From the NCBI GenBank assembly GCA_002104905.1, contig MCFE01000510.1, forward strand, positions 1-64,000: a stretch of DNA of 64,000 nt. The letters run 5' to 3'. Both the position numbers and the translations under genes were made by a program. How positions within the stretch are numbered: the first letter of the stretch is position 1; every line of letters begins with the position of its first letter. The notes under the pieces were generated by a model, which did no database searches, was not told the DNA's origin, and was given only the letters and a program-made list of their open reading frames with translations. The stretch comes from Basidiobolus meristosporus CBS 931.73 (taxonomy: Eukaryota; Fungi; Basidiobolomycota). This document shows, piece after piece, positions 62,600 to 64,000 of the stretch.

Positions 62600-64000
62600 T
62601 GCTCTATGCTGCCTATCCCAGAAATCGTGATCTTACTAGGCTGACCACCATATGGGCTTAAAGTCCATGGAGCATCCAGGTAAATAGGGGGGTTCCTTTA
62701 TTCACCAAGAATATTTCTGGTGAAAAATGTAAGACAACCTTTGAGATGTAAGGGATAAATTGTGAAGCCGTACATTTTGAATGGACGTATACGCAGGTAT
62801 TGTCGCCTAATAATAGGCATCTCATAGTGCTCCCTGTTGTAAATGTGTTTCAAGGTGCCTCAAGAACTTGGGTAATGGGATAGTATTCCTATTATATGTA
62901 AGCCATGTAACAAGGTTTACTTGCTTCTATCCCCGAATCAATGGATGTAGATTTAGAATATAATCCCGTTGACTACTTTTGCAGCAAGTGATACAGGAAT
63001 AATGCGCAGCAGTGGGTCTGGCCTCTATTGTTTAAGCTTGTTGCATGGCATCTAGTTGATTTTTACAAGAAACCAATATTCCACGTTAACTCCTAGGTTA
63101 TGACATTGTCCAGGAGTAGCTTTCTGGTAGTTGCTACATACACTTCACCAAAAGCTCTATAAAAAATATCACCAGTGTAATTCATCCAATAATTACTAGT
63201 ATTATCATAGAATCTTGCAGGCATTTGGCTGATATTTTCTTGCAGATTTTTAGTTGTGAATCTTTGTGCAAGTAGTAGATGGCTTACTACTAAGTTTAGT
63301 ATGAATTCCACTACTAGCCTAGCCTTGTGCAGACTTCTGGATGGCTGGAGCTTCACCAGGAAGGAAGTTCTAAGAAGAATTAACAGGATATGATATGGGT
63401 AGAAATCAAGATCCCATTTACTGCATACACCTCAGACAAGTCAGGGACTAGGGCATAAATGATATGATTGAGGAGCTTACCTAATTAGTGAAGGTTGCAG
63501 GTGGAGAGTGCATTAAGGTAAACACTAACATCAAGCAGAGCAACTACATATTGCTTCAACAAAAGGGATATTCTCTGGGCTGCAGTATTGGGACCTACTG
63601 CATTGAGAATCTTATATAAGGCCTGTCTGGCTAGAGCAGTTGGATTTGATATATGTAACAATGCACTGACACTCCAGAGAACCTAGGAAGACAAAGATAT
63701 AGAGTAGTCTGCTTAGGTTCAATGGGTGCAATTTGAGCTGTAGGTAAGTAGCCTGTTATATCCAAGAGGAAAGTGTAATACAACTCTTGAATGGTTCAAC
63801 TGAACATAAGTGACAACTAAGTGCAGAATCTTAGAATTGCCAGAGAGTGGTGGAAATTTTAGCTGAAAAATTTTGATAAAATATTGGTATTGTATATAGC
63901 TGGACTTGGCTAAAAAGGCAACAGAATTGGTTAGGGGGGGAGACAGTCACCAACAGGTGAAATCTTTATTTCAGTAGAAACAAAGAAGCCAGTGCTACTG
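62600..64000. repeat. CpG-depleted unclassified repeat relics
   Basis: CpG almost absent; 63780-63850 resembles the reverse complement of 54850-54910. No domain recognised. Confidence 0.45.

Overview
Eukaryotic, fungal genomic DNA, with short 50-76 nt introns and CTRAC/CTAAT branch points. An early-diverging fungus is my inference from the gene set and cannot be proven here. The window has two compartments. (1) Nearly CpG-free repeat blocks (about 1-24.7 kb, 49.4-57.5 kb, 62.6-64 kb) hold nested transposons: a Ty3/Gypsy family with ~1.07 kb LTRs (one full-length decayed copy, one truncated copy, two further LTRs), a CACTA/En-Spm (CMC) element with CCC termini plus a 318 bp derivative, a PIF/Harbinger-like element (Myb/SANT-like ORF plus DDE transposase) with a related 0.7 kb foldback element, and Ty1/Copia relics with ~349 bp LTRs. 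(2) CpG-rich gene islands (about 24.8-49.3 kb and 57.6-62.5 kb) encode a small hypothetical protein head-to-head with kinesin-5 (with an 11-nt microexon), a penta-EF-hand protein (Pef1/peflin), a FAM72-family protein, Spo7, a two-repeat secreted Cys-rich protein, a two-RRM RBMS/MSSP-like protein, a 59-aa candidate Kex2-processed peptide precursor and a PY-motif hypothetical protein. The most interesting observations are the repeat-restricted CpG erasure (including a transposase ORF with zero CpG that is still open), a CpG-retaining 200-bp-arm inverted repeat with an 85 bp perfect core, the FAM72 homologue, and two small secreted proteins that the ORF track misses. All alignments and counts were done by eye.
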